A stretch of DNA of 64,000 bases from an uncultured Chloroflexia bacterium (GTDB taxonomy: Bacteria; Chloroflexota; Limnocylindria; Limnocylindrales; CSP1-4): contig CAVPHR010000006.1 of assembly GCA_963704775.1 (NCBI GenBank), positions 75 to 64,074 on the forward strand, written 5' to 3'. The position numbers and the translations under genes were made by a program. The notes below the pieces were generated by a model. That model did no database searches. It was not told where the DNA came from and saw nothing but the letters and a program-made list of their open reading frames with translations. Below, in pieces: positions 9,700-17,792 of the stretch (position 1 is the first letter of the stretch; every line of letters begins with the position of its first letter).

Positions 9700-10796
9700 T
9701 GGCATTGACAGTGCGTCCGCCGTCGGACTCGCGTTGGGACCTGGTGGCATTGGGCGAAGTGATGCTGCGCCTGGATCCGGGTGACGAGCGGATCCAGAGC
9801 GCCCGTCAGTTCAGGGCGTGGGAAGGCGGCGGCGAATACAACGTCGCCCGTGGCCTGAGTCGCTGCTTCGGCGCGTCGACCACCATCGTGACGGCCTTCG
9901 CAGACAACCCGGTCGGCCGGTTGATCGAAGACCTCATCCGACAGGGCGGCGTGGATCGCTCGCACATCCGCTGGGTCCCGTACGACGGGATCGGCCGCAC
10001 GGTCCGCAACGGCCTGAACTTCACGGAGCGCGGCTTTGGCGTGCGCGCGGCGGTCGGAAGCTCGGACCGGGCCAACACGGCGGCGTCCCAGCTGACCGCC
10101 GAGGACGTGGATTGGGAGGCGATCTTCGGCGCTGAAGGCGCGCGCTGGTTCCATACGGGCGGGATCTTCGCGGCACTTTCGGACACCACCCCGGGCGTGA
10201 TCGCGGCGGCGATCGAGGCGGCGCACCGGCACGGCACGGTCGTCTCATTCGACCTCAACTACCGCGACTCGTTGTGGCGCGGCCGAGGCGGTGGTCCCGC
10301 CGCCCAGCGGGTCCTTGCCGCGATCGTCGCATCGGTCGATGTGCTCATCGGCAACGAGGAGGACTTCGTCGCCGCGCTCGGCCTCGACGTCGCCGGCACG
10401 GACGGGTCGTTCGACCAGCTCGAGTCGGAGGCCTACGCGGCGATGCTCGCGGTCGCCGCGACGCGTTTCCCGAACCTGAAGGCGATCGCGGTCACCCTTC
10501 GGGTCGCCCGGACGGCCAATCGCAACGACTGGGGTGCCCTGCTCTGGTCGGATGGGGTCGTCTACCCAGCGACCACCCGGCGCGACCTCGATATCCTCGA
10601 TCGCATCGGCGGCGGCGACTCATTCGCATCGGGCCTCATCCACGGCTGGCTCGCCGGCCATCCGCCGCAGGTCGCCGTCGAATACGGAGCCGCGCACGGC
10701 GCCCTGGCGATGACGACCCCGGGCGACACGTCGATGGCGACGCAAGCCGAGGTAGAGGCGCTCATGGCAGGTGCCGGCGCCCGGGTCCGCCGATGA
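9699..10796 (+). CDS. kdgK: 2-dehydro-3-deoxygluconokinase-like PfkB-family sugar(acid) kinase
   Basis: Ribokinase/PfkB motifs (DLVALGEVMLRLDP, GGGEYNVARGL, DRIGGGDSFASGLIHG). TGATG overlap with eda. Confidence 0.8.
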   Translation: MALTVRPPSDSRWDLVALGEVMLRLDPGDERIQSARQFRAWEGGGEYNVARGLSRCFGASTTIVTAFADNPVGRLIEDLIRQGGVDRSHIRWVPYDGIGRTVRNGLNFTERGFGVRAAVGSSDRANTAASQLTAEDVDWEAIFGAEGARWFHTGGIFAALSDTTPGVIAAAIEAAHRHGTVVSFDLNYRDSLWRGRGGGPAAQRVLAAIVASVDVLIGNEEDFVAALGLDVAGTDGSFDQLESEAYAAMLAVAATRFPNLKAIAVTLRVARTANRNDWGALLWSDGVVYPATTRRDLDILDRIGGGDSFASGLIHGWLAGHPPQVAVEYGAAHGALAMTTPGDTSMATQAEVEALMAGAGARVRR

Positions 10797-11794
10797 ACCG
10801 GCCGGCTCTCGTCCTCACCGGCGTCGACAGCTTCGTCGTGGAACAGCGACCGCCGGCGGAGTCTACCGGCGACGCAGTCGCCATCGACGTCGATCTCGTG
10901 GGCCTGTGTGGGACGGACCTGCACATCGTCGAAGGCTCCCATCCCCGGGCTCGTTTCCCGCTCGTCCTCGGACATGAACTGGTCGGGCGAGCGACGGCGG
11001 GGCAACTGGCAGGGCGGGCGGTCGTGGTCGATCCGCTCATCGCCTGCGGCGACTGCTCGGCCTGCCGCCTTGGCGAGCGACACGTATGCGCCAACCTGCG
11101 CCTGATCGGCATCGATCGGGATGGCGGGCTGAGTGGGCGGGTCGTCGTGGACTCGGAGCGGGTGCACGTGGTGCCGGCCGGACTCGATCCGGTGGTGGCC
11201 GCCCTGGCAGAGCCGCTGGGGGTCGCCGTCCACGCAACCCGTCGCGCTCACGTCGGCGTTGGCGACACGATCGTGATCATGGGCGCAGGACCGATCGGGC
11301 TCCTGCTGGCGTTCGCAGCGCGACACGTCGGGGCGGCCACGATCCTCATCGGCGAGACTGCCCCGGCCCGGCGGACGTTCGCCGAGTCGCTCGGTTTCGA
11401 CACGCTTGACACGGTGGATCCGTTCGGCGACCTCGAGCGGCACACGTCGGGCCGCCTGGCTGACGTCGCGTTCGACGCTGCCGCGGTGCCAGCTGTTGCC
11501 GCACTCTTGCCTCGGCTCGTCCGGCCGGCCGGGCGCATCGGCCTCGTCGGCACCTACGCGCGGCCCGTCGAGCTCGACCTCCAGGCCATCCTCTTCAAGG
11601 AACTGACAGTGCTCGGCAATCGGGTCTACCAGCCGGCCGACATCGACGCGGCACTCCGGATGCTGGCGGACGGCCCGGCGGCGTTCAGACCGCTGATCAG
11701 CGAAGTCGTTGGGCTCGATGAGGCGCCGGCGGCGTTTGCGCGGTTGCGCGCGGGTGAGGGAGTCAAGTACCTCGTCGCGACGGGTGGGCGTTGA
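10793..11794 (+). CDS. Zn-dependent medium-chain alcohol/polyol dehydrogenase
   Basis: Starts MNRPALVLTGVDSFVVEQRPP...LVGLCGTDLHIVEG...PLVLGHELVG..CGDCSACRLGERHVC..GAGPIGLL. ATGA overlap with kdgK. The long upstream extension of the 10274 ORF is Arg-rich shadow sequence. Confidence 0.8.
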   Translation: MNRPALVLTGVDSFVVEQRPPAESTGDAVAIDVDLVGLCGTDLHIVEGSHPRARFPLVLGHELVGRATAGQLAGRAVVVDPLIACGDCSACRLGERHVCANLRLIGIDRDGGLSGRVVVDSERVHVVPAGLDPVVAALAEPLGVAVHATRRAHVGVGDTIVIMGAGPIGLLLAFAARHVGAATILIGETAPARRTFAESLGFDTLDTVDPFGDLERHTSGRLADVAFDAAAVPAVAALLPRLVRPAGRIGLVGTYARPVELDLQAILFKELTVLGNRVYQPADIDAALRMLADGPAAFRPLISEVVGLDEAPAAFARLRAGEGVKYLVATGGR

Positions 11795-12822
11795 TGCGCG
11801 CCCTGGTCAAGACGACCCGCGGTGTCGGCCACCTCGCGTTACAGGAACGGCCGGAACCCGAGGCAGTGGCCGGCTGGGTGAAGATCGCCGTCCGGTACGC
11901 TGGGATCTGCGGGACCGATCTGCACATCGTCCAGGACGAGTTCCCGTACTGGCCGCCGGTCACCCTCGGCCACGAGTTCACGGGGACCGTTGTCGAGCTC
12001 GGTGGCGGCGTCGATCCGGCCTGGCTTGGAGCACGAGTGGTCAGCGAACCGCACTCCCTGGCCTGCGGCACCTGCCACCTGTGCCGCCGTGGCTTCGCGG
12101 AGCTGTGTGCCAGCAAGCGTTCGCCCGGCTGGGGGATCGACGGCGCGTTCGCCGACCGGCTGACGATGCCTGTGCATCTCCTCCACCGTGTCCCGGCCGG
12201 GTTGCCCGACCGAGTCGCGGCCCTGGCCGAGCCGATGGCCGTGTCGGTCACCGCCCTCGCGCGGGCCGGCGTCCAGGCCGGCGACGTCGTCCTTATCGTG
12301 GGCCCCGGGCCGATCGGCATCCTGCTCGCGGCCGGTGCGCTCGCGATGGGTGCCGCGACCGTCGTGGTGGCCGGCCGGCGAGATTCGGACCGCCTCCGGT
12401 TCGCAGGGACCGTGGGAGCGCTGACGGTCCTGGACGACTCAGCGGTCGAGCTCATCCAGGACCAGACCGCCGGCCGCGGGGCAGACCTGGTCATCGACGC
12501 GACCGGAACGGCCGAGGCGATCGACCTCGCGCTCAGAGCGGTCCGGCGCCGAGGTAGGTTCGCGGCTGTGGGGATGAGCGGCCAGCCGGTCGTGCGGGTC
12601 CCATGGGATCTGGCCGTCTCGCGGGCCGTCGATGCGACCTTCTCGATGAGTTCGAACGGCACGGCGTGGGCGCCGGCGATCACGATCCTCGAGCGAACCC
12701 CGCAGCTCGAAGGCATGAGCACCGTCTTCCCGCTCGGCGACTGGGAGGCCGCGTTCGAGGCTGTCCGCGAGCGGACGGTCATCAAGGCGCTCCTCGACCC
12801 GACGACCGGCGCCGGGCGATGA
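11794..12822 (+). CDS. Zn-dependent medium-chain dehydrogenase (sorbitol / L-idonate / L-galactonate 5-dehydrogenase-like)
   Basis: MRALVKTT...YAGICGTDLHIVQDEFPYWPPVTLGHEFTGTVVELG...CGTCHLCRRG...VGPGPIGIL. Start codon overlaps the previous stop (TGATG). Confidence 0.8.
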   Translation: MRALVKTTRGVGHLALQERPEPEAVAGWVKIAVRYAGICGTDLHIVQDEFPYWPPVTLGHEFTGTVVELGGGVDPAWLGARVVSEPHSLACGTCHLCRRGFAELCASKRSPGWGIDGAFADRLTMPVHLLHRVPAGLPDRVAALAEPMAVSVTALARAGVQAGDVVLIVGPGPIGILLAAGALAMGAATVVVAGRRDSDRLRFAGTVGALTVLDDSAVELIQDQTAGRGADLVIDATGTAEAIDLALRAVRRRGRFAAVGMSGQPVVRVPWDLAVSRAVDATFSMSSNGTAWAPAITILERTPQLEGMSTVFPLGDWEAAFEAVRERTVIKALLDPTTGAGR

Positions 12823-13757
12823 CAGTGGCGGGCACGATCCTCATCACCGATTGCGACCATCCATCGACCGAGATCGAACGGGCCATGGTCGAGGCAGCCG
12901 GGTTCCGGCTCGAGGTTGCCGACTGCCGCACCGCGGCCGACGTCATCGCAGCGGGCACGACCAGCGCGGCGGCCGGACTGATCGTCCAGTACGCACCCAT
13001 CACCGGGGAGGTGTTGCGCGCCCTGCCGGCCTGTCGGGTCGTGGGCCGGTACGGTGTCGGACTCGATACGATCGACCTCGAGACCGCCGCGTCGCTGGAC
13101 ATCCGGGTCGTCAACGTGCCGGACTACTGCACGGACGAAGTCGCCGACCATGCCCTGGGACTGATCCTGGCCCTGACCCGTGGGATCGTCCCGCTCGACC
13201 GAGGAGTCCAGGCCGGCATCTGGGACTTCCGCCTGGCGGGGCGCGTTCGCCGCCCATCGAGCCAGCAGGTGGGCGTGGTCGGGCTCGGTCGGATCGGTTC
13301 GGCGTTCGCACGGCGTGCGCGGGCGCTCGGCTACACGGTGGTCGGCTCGGATCCGCGGGGACCACGCGCCTCGGATGTGCAGGTCGTCGAACTCGACGAC
13401 CTGCTTGCGACGAGCGACATCGTCAGCATCCATGCTCCGCTCGACGCCTCGACCCGCCATCTCATCGACGCGCGAACGCTGGCGCTGATGCGTCCCACGG
13501 CCATCCTGGTCAACACCAGCCGAGGCGGCCTGGTCGACCACGATGCCCTCGTCGACGCCCTGCGGTCAAGTCGTCTGGCGGGGGCGGCTCTCGATGTGCT
13601 CGAGCACGAGCCGATCCCGGCAGACGACCCATTGATCGGGCTCCCGAACGTGGTCCTGACGCCACACGCCGCGTTCTACAGCGAGGAATCGCTGGTCGAG
13701 ATGAAACAGAAGGTCACCCAGCGGGTATTGGCAGTCCTCGCCGACGGGGCCGGGTGA
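12819..13757 (+). CDS. D-isomer-specific 2-hydroxyacid dehydrogenase (CtBP/PGDH-like)
   Basis: MTVAGTILITDCD..., RVVGRYGVGLDTIDLETAASLDIRVVNVPDYCTDEVADHALGLILAL, GVVGLGRIGSAFARRARALGY, LVNTSRGGLVD, TPHAAFYSEES. ATGA overlap with the previous gene. Confidence 0.85.
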   Translation: MTVAGTILITDCDHPSTEIERAMVEAAGFRLEVADCRTAADVIAAGTTSAAAGLIVQYAPITGEVLRALPACRVVGRYGVGLDTIDLETAASLDIRVVNVPDYCTDEVADHALGLILALTRGIVPLDRGVQAGIWDFRLAGRVRRPSSQQVGVVGLGRIGSAFARRARALGYTVVGSDPRGPRASDVQVVELDDLLATSDIVSIHAPLDASTRHLIDARTLALMRPTAILVNTSRGGLVDHDALVDALRSSRLAGAALDVLEHEPIPADDPLIGLPNVVLTPHAAFYSEESLVEMKQKVTQRVLAVLADGAG

Positions 13758-13800
13758 AACGTCCGGTCAGAGATCGCACGCTATCGAAGGATGGCGATCC

Positions 13801-13949
13801 GGCGAATCAGGTGAACGTCCAGAAGTCGAATCAGGTGAACTTCGCGGCATCGCGTGGCTCCTTCTTGGAGTCCACGCCCTTGCTCTTGCCGCACGAAACC
13901 ACCAGATGTGGTGTGGAGGTGTTCCATGGATCGCTACCCATGGGGTAGC
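13801..13949. repeat. Copy 1 of a tRNA-adjacent module (two TCAGGTGAAC motifs plus two hairpins)
   Basis: Alignable by eye to 20542-20688. Shared blocks are ggcgaatcaggtgaacg, agaagtcgaatcaggtg, ggctccttctt, ccgcacg and aaccaccagatgtggtg. It ends in hairpin GCTACCC-atg-GGGTAGC abutting the tRNA-derived repeat. Confidence 0.6.
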
Positions 13950-13994
13950 TGGCTGGCGAGGAAGGATTCGAACCTTCGATCTCCTGATCCAGAG
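13950..13994 (-). repeat. Partial tRNA-Gln (3' 45 nt, CCA end to anticodon loop): att-like direct repeat
   Basis: tggctggcgaggaaggattcgaaccttcgatctcctgatccagag is identical to 20689-20733 inside the complete tRNA-Gln. Identity ends in the anticodon loop. Confidence 0.85.
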
Positions 13995-14430
13995 GACTCC
14001 CGACGTATTTCGCCGATGGTCGGTGCGATCTGAGCGTGGCGCGGGCTCGATTTCGGTTGGTCCGGCGGGCAATCAGGTTGAACATGCCGGACGGAGTCAG
14101 GTGAACGTCATTCGTTCAAGTAACTCCGGGACTGAACGTAACGCGCTCGACGACGGTTGGGAAGGGGAGCGGTTCCCGCTGTTCCGACGACTCCTGGTCC
14201 CGAACAGCTCATCTGACGTGCAAAGACATCCGCAACGATTATCGCGGGAGGCAACAGTTCAGCGAATGCGGGAGTGGTTCGCCGAACCATTGCCGGGGTG
14301 ATCGTTCTTGCTTGCATAGCTGTCCAGGACCACCACGATGAGTCTGGGGAAGCGGACGTGCCACTATTCGAAGACGTCGATATCGAGTCCGTGGCGGCAA
14401 AGGGGGTGGGGTGAGGTGACAGCAGGAAGC

Positions 14431-15363
14431 ATGATGGCGTTGAGGGCGCACAGGCAGGGTGGCCCGGAAGTTCTGGTATATGAATCTGCGCCACGGCCGA
14501 CCCCGGGGAGCGACGAGGTTCTGATCAGCGTCCACGCGGCGGCGATCACGTTCGCCGAGTTGACCTGGCCCGAGACTTGGGCCACGGATGGTGTCGACCG
14601 GACTCCGGTCATCCCGTCCCACGAGTTCTCTGGGGTCGCGGCCGAGGTCGGCGATGGCGTAACCGGACTGTCGGTCGGTGACGAGCTGTACGGGCTTGTG
14701 CCGTTCGACCGGGACGGCGCCGCGGCGGAGTACGTCAGCGTACCGGCCGCGAGTGTGGCCACCCGGCCTCGCACGGTGTCGCACGTCGTTGCGGCGGCCG
14801 CGGTGCTCCCTGCACTGACCGCCTGGGAAGCCTTGGTCGATCACGCGAAAGTTCAACCCGGCCAACGTGTGCTCGTGCGTGGAGGCGCCGGCGGTGTCGG
14901 GTCCTTCGTCACCCAGCTGGCGACTGCGCTTGGAGCCCGGGTCACGGCCACGGTGCATGCCCCCGACGCGGGGCACGTCCTCACTCTGGGCGCCGAACGC
15001 GTGATCACCAACGAACAGGAGTCGCTCGACGCGGAGAAAGGTGCCTTTGACGCCGTGATCGACGCCGTCGGTCAGGAAACACCGGAGGCCCTGTTCGCGG
15101 CACTCCGTCCTGGCGGGCGCCTGATTACCCTCCAGGAGCCTCCCTCACAGCAGACGGCCGACAAATACGGCGTAACGGCCCTCTTCTTCGTCGTGACGGC
15201 GAACCGGGACCGTCTGTCACAGGTGGCCGACATGATCGACACCGGCAAGCTGAAGGTCAGCGTCGCCGCGACGTTTCCGCTGGCCGATGGCCGAGCCGCC
15301 TACCAAAGCGGCGCCTCTAGGAGACACCGCCCGGGGAAGACCGTGCTGGTCGTCCGGGACTGA
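14431..15363 (+). CDS. NADPH:quinone oxidoreductase-like MDR (zeta-crystallin family)
   Basis: MMALRAHRQGGPEVLVYESAPRPTPGSDEVLISVHAAAITFAELTW...RVLVRGGAGGVGSFVTQLA...GKTVLVV. ATG preceded by AGGAAG. The upstream part of the 14338 ORF is not conserved-looking. Confidence 0.8.
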   Translation: MMALRAHRQGGPEVLVYESAPRPTPGSDEVLISVHAAAITFAELTWPETWATDGVDRTPVIPSHEFSGVAAEVGDGVTGLSVGDELYGLVPFDRDGAAAEYVSVPAASVATRPRTVSHVVAAAAVLPALTAWEALVDHAKVQPGQRVLVRGGAGGVGSFVTQLATALGARVTATVHAPDAGHVLTLGAERVITNEQESLDAEKGAFDAVIDAVGQETPEALFAALRPGGRLITLQEPPSQQTADKYGVTALFFVVTANRDRLSQVADMIDTGKLKVSVAATFPLADGRAAYQSGASRRHRPGKTVLVVRD

Positions 15364-15377
15364 GCGGTTCTCCGCAG

Positions 15378-16358
15378 GTGATAGCCATGCGACGCATGCA
15401 GGCGGTCGGCATCGACGCGTTCGGCGGCGAGGTACGAGTGCTCAAGCTCGCGGCGCCAGCGTCGCCCGCGCCGGACGAGGTCGTGATCTCGGTGCGCGCC
15501 GCCGGTGTCGGCAACTGGGACGAGTTCGTCCGCGTCGGCGACTGGGATGTCGGCCGGCCGCCGCCGCTGGCCCTCGGGGTTGAAGCGGCCGGGGTCGTTG
15601 ACGCGGCCGGCGAGGACGTGACGAGCCTCGCACCAGGCGACGAGGTGCTCACCCACCCACTGCCGCTGCGACACCAGGGCGCGTGGGCGGAGTGGCTCGT
15701 CGCTCCGGCCGCGCTCGTCGCGCGGAAGCCGGCCGCCGTCCCATGGGCGGCGGCGGCCGCATTCCCGGTGCCCGCGCTCACCGCCGACCAGGCGCTAACC
15801 GACGCCGCACCCGTCCCTGCCGGGAAATGGGTGCTCGTGCACGGCGCCGGTGGCGTCACCGGCGGGCTCGCCGTCCAGCTCGCGGTCGCGCGAGGCGCGA
15901 CCGTCGTCGCGACGGCGGGCCCGTCGAGCGTGGCGCGCATCCTCGGCGACGGGGCACATGCTGTAGTCGACTATCACGATCCCGAGTGGCCGACCCTCGT
16001 GCGAAACGCAACTCCAGGTGGACGTGGAGTTGACGCTGTAGTGAATGCGGCCCGCGGCGGGGCGGCGACCGCGTTGCAGACCGTCGCAGACGGCGGCCAT
16101 CTGGCGACGATCACTGGCGATCCGCCGTCACCTGAACGAGGAGTCACGGTCGCGAACATCTACGTCCGCGCGGACGGTGCTCGGCTTGCGGTCCTGGTGG
16201 CAGCACTCGCGGATGGGCTGCTGTCGCTCCACGTGGGAGCCACATTCCCGCTCGCAGACGCGGCCACGGCGCTCCAGGGCGCCGTCACCGGCCGCGCCGC
16301 CGGCGCGACCGTCCTGTCTCTCGAAGGCATCTCAAGTGACGCGCCGGACCACAAGTAA
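15378..16358 (+). CDS. NADPH:quinone oxidoreductase-like MDR, second paralogue
   Basis: MQAVGIDAFGGEVRVLKLAAPASPAPDEVVISVRAAGVGNWDEFVRVGDW...VLVHGAGGVTGGLAVQLA. The exact start (15378, 15387 or 15396) is uncertain. Confidence 0.8.
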   Translation: MIAMRRMQAVGIDAFGGEVRVLKLAAPASPAPDEVVISVRAAGVGNWDEFVRVGDWDVGRPPPLALGVEAAGVVDAAGEDVTSLAPGDEVLTHPLPLRHQGAWAEWLVAPAALVARKPAAVPWAAAAAFPVPALTADQALTDAAPVPAGKWVLVHGAGGVTGGLAVQLAVARGATVVATAGPSSVARILGDGAHAVVDYHDPEWPTLVRNATPGGRGVDAVVNAARGGAATALQTVADGGHLATITGDPPSPERGVTVANIYVRADGARLAVLVAALADGLLSLHVGATFPLADAATALQGAVTGRAAGATVLSLEGISSDAPDHK

Positions 16359-16423
16359 GTCGTACGCGCCGCGAGACACATAGCTCCGCGAGGCGGCTGC
16401 CTCGCCGTACAGCGCATCTGGGG

Positions 16424-16519
16424 GGCTCCTTCTTTGAGCCCGCGCCACGGCCTTTCCGCACGACACCAGATGCGGTGTGGGGAGTCTTCTGGGCCGCCAC
16501 CCGTTGGGTCGCTGGCTGG
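16424..16519. repeat. Copy 2 of the tRNA-adjacent module (diverged, ends in TGGCTGG only)
   Basis: ggctccttctttgagcccgcgccacggcctttccgcacgacaccagatgcggtgt... parallels 20597-20660. It keeps the ACACC/GGTGT hairpin and the terminal heptamer of the tRNA-Gln end, then diverges. Confidence 0.5.
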
Positions 16520-16578
16520 CTGGAGAGCGGCGCCTTCCAAGGCGCCTGTCGCGAGTTCGAACCTCGTCTCCCGCTCCA
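16504..16578 (+). pseudogene. tRNA-Gly(UCC)-like fragment (good 3' half, degenerate 5' half)
   Basis: 16531-16578 reads cgCCTTCCAAggcgcc-tgtc-GCGAGTTCGAACCTCGT-CTCCCGC-T-CCA. That gives a Gly UCC anticodon loop, canonical T-arm, acceptor 3' strand, U discriminator and CCA. No GCGGGAG 5' acceptor strand is present upstream, and the anticodon stem is offset by 1 nt. Confidence 0.45.
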
Positions 16579-16612
16579 AACATAAGTTCCACGTTCGGAC
16601 TCACCGAAAGCC

Positions 16613-17206
16613 ATGAAGGCTACGCGGGATGCCAAGCTGGCCTCTCAGACGGCACGGCTTGCTACCATTCGGCGCATGGTGAGAGGTGACTGGCCTGAGC
16701 TCGAATACCTCGTCATCGGGACGGGCGTGAGAGTCCTGCGCGCCAATGAAGCAGCGGCTAGCATTTCGGCCGCAGTCCAGGCATTGAACGAGGCGACTGC
16801 GGCCCTCCCACAGCAGCCAACGGCGGCGGACGTATCGAAATTGGCGGGACTGTGCGCGGCGCAGGTGGCGGCGCTCGAGGCAGTAGCCACGGCACTCGAG
16901 ACCGAGATGGCCGCCATCGCACCGGGGCAGGACCGGATCATCGACATCATCGACGCCGACCACGAGGCGACTGGCGTTGCCGAGGAGTACCTCGGGGGCG
17001 CCGTGTCCCTTGGCACGGCGGCCGCATTCCTGATCGAGGAACTCGCCAGGCTCCCCCGATCCCTCGAAAAGCTTGGTCGGACCTTCCCGACGGTCGAAGA
17101 AGCGACCGACGGTCTGGCTTCTACGATTCGTCGAGTGGTCGAGGCGCTTGAGCCAGCGATCGGATGGGGGGCTCGCTCCACCGCGATCCTGTCCGACTGG
17201 ACTTGA
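16613..17206 (+). CDS. Hypothetical protein, Ala-rich and predicted all-helical, no recognisable family
   Basis: 197-aa ORF with moderate GC3, lower than neighbouring core genes. It competes with an antisense 212-aa shadow ORF. I recognised no motif. Confidence 0.4.
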   Translation: MKATRDAKLASQTARLATIRRMVRGDWPELEYLVIGTGVRVLRANEAAASISAAVQALNEATAALPQQPTAADVSKLAGLCAAQVAALEAVATALETEMAAIAPGQDRIIDIIDADHEATGVAEEYLGGAVSLGTAAAFLIEELARLPRSLEKLGRTFPTVEEATDGLASTIRRVVEALEPAIGWGARSTAILSDWT

Positions 17207-17219
17207 CGCCGGCGGCTAG

Positions 17220-17477
17220 GTGAGCCGCAGTCAGCACTTCCGGGCAGACTCCTCGGCATCGCGGGTCGCGGTCCGTGGTCCACTGCTGATCATCGACGGC
17301 GAGAAGGACCACACGGTGCCGCCGGCGATCGCGAATGCCGCCTACAACCGGCAGAAGGGCAACCCGGGCGTGACGGAGTACGTGGAGATCACGGACCGAG
17401 GCCACTCCCTCACCATCGATCACGGCTGGCGCGAGGTCGCCGACACCGCGCTCGCCTTTGTCAAGCGCTTCGCCTAG
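17220..17477 (+). pseudogene. C-terminal stub of an alpha/beta hydrolase (about the last 65 residues only)
   Basis: PLLIIDGEKDHTVPPAIANAAYNRQKGNPGVTEYVEITDRGHSLTIDHGWREVADTALAFVKRFA matches the strand-8/His-loop end of alpha/beta hydrolases. The nucleophile elbow and N-terminal 200+ aa are missing. Confidence 0.6.
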
Positions 17478-17792
17478 TCGTGAACGTCCGTTCCGCGCCG
17501 GCCGTGCGTGACCGTCGCCTCGGCGGCGTCCCATCGGCGGAGGCTGATACGGCCGGCGCACCAGCTTTGCGAATCGATGGTCGGGCAAATGGGGACCGAC
17601 CAAATCATCGGCCGACGGGCTGGAAGGTCCCGGGCTATTCCAGTTCGTCAGTAGTCCGCCGGCGAGCCGCCGCCCCGACCCTGGTCCTCTGCCTGACATG
17701 GCACCCGAATAGCCTCCGACGGATCGCCGGCGAGCCCGGGCTGGATCACGACCAGCGGCGCGACGAGCGCGATGATCTGTTCGGGTCGCAGG

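Noticed and set aside
10274-10792. N-terminal extensions suggested by the ORF track. Examples: 10274 for the Zn-ADH, 12603 for the 2-hydroxyacid dehydrogenase, 32898 for metX, 34253 for metY, 48988 for the LLM oxidoreductase, 59374 for the subtilase.
   Set aside because: The extensions are Arg-rich, overlap upstream genes and precede the conserved family N-termini. Internal starts with stop/start overlaps or RBS were chosen instead.
16504-16578. Functional tRNA-Gly(UCC) gene.
   Set aside because: The 5' acceptor strand complementary to CTCCCGC is missing (GTTGGGT instead of GCGGGAG). The D-arm is irregular and the anticodon stem pairs only with an 8-nt loop. It is treated as a fragment or pseudogene.
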